From NCBI RefSeq assembly GCF_000172995.2, contig NC_014729.1:2160001-2192000 (forward strand): a stretch of 32,000 nt of DNA. The letters are read 5' to 3'. Below the pieces are notes generated by a model. The model saw nothing but the letters and a program-made list of their open reading frames with translations. It did no database searches and was not told the origin of the DNA. Made by a program: the position numbers and the translations under genes. The stretch is from Halogeometricum borinquense DSM 11551 (GTDB lineage: Archaea > Halobacteriota > Halobacteria > Halobacteriales > Haloferacaceae). Positions 31,081 through 32,000 of this stretch are shown here, piece by piece (the first letter of the stretch is position 1; every line of letters starts with the position of its first letter).

Positions 31081-32000
31081 TCAGAGGCCGATTGCGGTCA
31101 GGACCGGGATACCGGAGAGGACCGCACCGATGAGGTACCCGCCGATGGTGCCGCCGTTCAAGAGAGGCAGTCCAGCGTGCGCTCGGCCCTTCAGCACTAA
31201 CCAGAGGAGTGCGAACAGTCCGGCGAACGTCCCGACCATCGCGGTCAGTACGGGCAGCGTCAGTATCGGGAGTCCGGGGACACCGAGCGACGGCGCGGCC
31301 GCATCGGGGAGGAAGAACGCAGCACTTGCGATCATCACCGTCGGCATCACGGCGTCACCCAGACCGATGAAGAAGGCGTCGCGGACGCCCTCCTCGTCGC
31401 TGTCGTCAGTTGGGTCGCCGCCATCCGATTCGGGACTGGGGGGTGCCTCAGCGTCCGGGTCGTCGTGAACGTCGTTCGCACTGGAGAAATCGTCGTCGAG
31501 GAGCGAGTACGACAGCGTCGTCGGGATAACGAGGACGACCGGAATATGCAGGTCCATCACACCCTCCGCGAGGTCCAGCATGTGTTCTGTACCGTAGACG
31601 CTAATGGCGTCGTAGACGGCGAGCGCAGTCAAGAGGACGACGGCCGGTAAGAGGCCGAAGCTAATTCCGAACAGGGCCGCCGCGCCAGCGCCCATAATAA
31701 TGCCCGTGGCGTCGATGACGTACCACTCTGGATACACCACCAGCGCGCCCGCGACGAGGACGGCCGCGGCGACCGCGGGGAGAAACGGCAGGATAATCGA
31801 GAAGACGTACCACGAGAGCATCCCGCTCGTCAGCACGACAAGGGCGCGGACGGCCCAGTCGAAGTCGTATTTGAACGCCGCGAGCATGACGGCCGTGGCG
31901 ACGAGAATCGCACCGATGTAGACGAGACTGTTCGTCGGGTCAGACGGGTCTTCGACGGTCTGAAACCCACCATCATAGAAGGGGGTAACGAGTGCCAACG
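31081..32000 (-). CDS. Presenilin/signal-peptide-peptidase-type intramembrane aspartyl protease (A22 family, PSH-like); N-terminus at or beyond the window edge
   Basis: Multi-TM protein with both catalytic motifs: LTALAVYDAISVYG (YD) and FFIGLGDAVMP (GxGD). A PAL-like motif GLPLLNGG lies near the C-terminus. The first codon in the track (31996-31998) is a TTG, so the true start may lie outside the window. Confidence 0.8.
   Translation of the reverse strand, partial: LALVTPFYDGGFQTVEDPSDPTNSLVYIGAILVATAVMLAAFKYDFDWAVRALVVLTSGMLSWYVFSIILPFLPAVAAAVLVAGALVVYPEWYVIDATGIIMGAGAAALFGISFGLLPAVVLLTALAVYDAISVYGTEHMLDLAEGVMDLHIPVVLVIPTTLSYSLLDDDFSSANDVHDDPDAEAPPSPESDGGDPTDDSDEEGVRDAFFIGLGDAVMPTVMIASAAFFLPDAAAPSLGVPGLPILTLPVLTAMVGTFAGLFALLWLVLKGRAHAGLPLLNGGTIGGYLIGAVLSGIPVLTAIGL

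Noticed and set aside
1-32000. Window-wide search by eye for CRISPR arrays, tRNA/rRNA genes, IS elements, integrases, toxin-antitoxin or defence-island genes
   Set aside because: I found no regularly spaced repeats, no cloverleaf-like or rRNA-like segments in the spacers, and no transposase or integrase-like ORFs. All large ORFs are accounted for by housekeeping functions. A tRNAscan/Infernal run would be needed to exclude small RNAs formally.

Overview
GC-rich DNA with strong GC3 bias and a very acidic predicted proteome. This looks like a core-chromosome segment of a halophilic archaeon (class Halobacteria). From memory, the gene order and the close resemblance of PsmA and glucose dehydrogenase to the Haloferax proteins suggest a Haloferacaceae-like lineage; I could not run any search to confirm this.

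I call 35 protein-coding genes:
- the tail of a peptide ABC transporter (permease end, DppD-like and DppF-like ATPases);
- a DJ-1/PfpI protein and an HTH/Zn-ribbon regulator;
- a sugar nucleotidyltransferase;
- three consecutive PP-loop ATPase genes (Dph6-like plus two tandem CysD/PAPS-reductase-like paralogues);
- a conserved hypothetical protein and a monothiol glutaredoxin;
- the gdh-gfcR pair;
- purB and the purN-purH fusion;
- a universal stress protein;
- the folC-folP fusion;
- an NRDE/TANGO2-like protein and a small wHTH protein;
- the rnp3-methyltransferase-rnp2-psmA operon;
- a PGF-CTERM surface protein;
- a translationally coupled dapA-dapB-dapD-lysA-dapF-dapE lysine operon;
- a NYN-domain protein and two membrane proteins, one of them a 59-aa ORF missing from the ORF track;
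- a PUA-domain protein and a presenilin-type intramembrane protease that runs off the window.

I found no rRNA, tRNA, CRISPR array, transposase, integrase or recognisable defence genes. Many genes carry an A/T-rich box 23-32 nt upstream of the start codon, the pattern expected for leaderless haloarchaeal mRNAs. I used this to choose among alternative starts.

I do not see a convincing novel multi-gene system; this reads as an ordinary housekeeping region. The observations most worth a second look are:
- the orphan, cysteine-free CysD-like paralogue pair, one of which has a tandem 9-mer operator-like repeat;
- a 75-bp MITE-like inverted-repeat element at 4942-5026;
- a 20-bp exact duplication of the purNH 3' end, with mutually exclusive hairpins;
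- the structured 295-bp region upstream of dapA.
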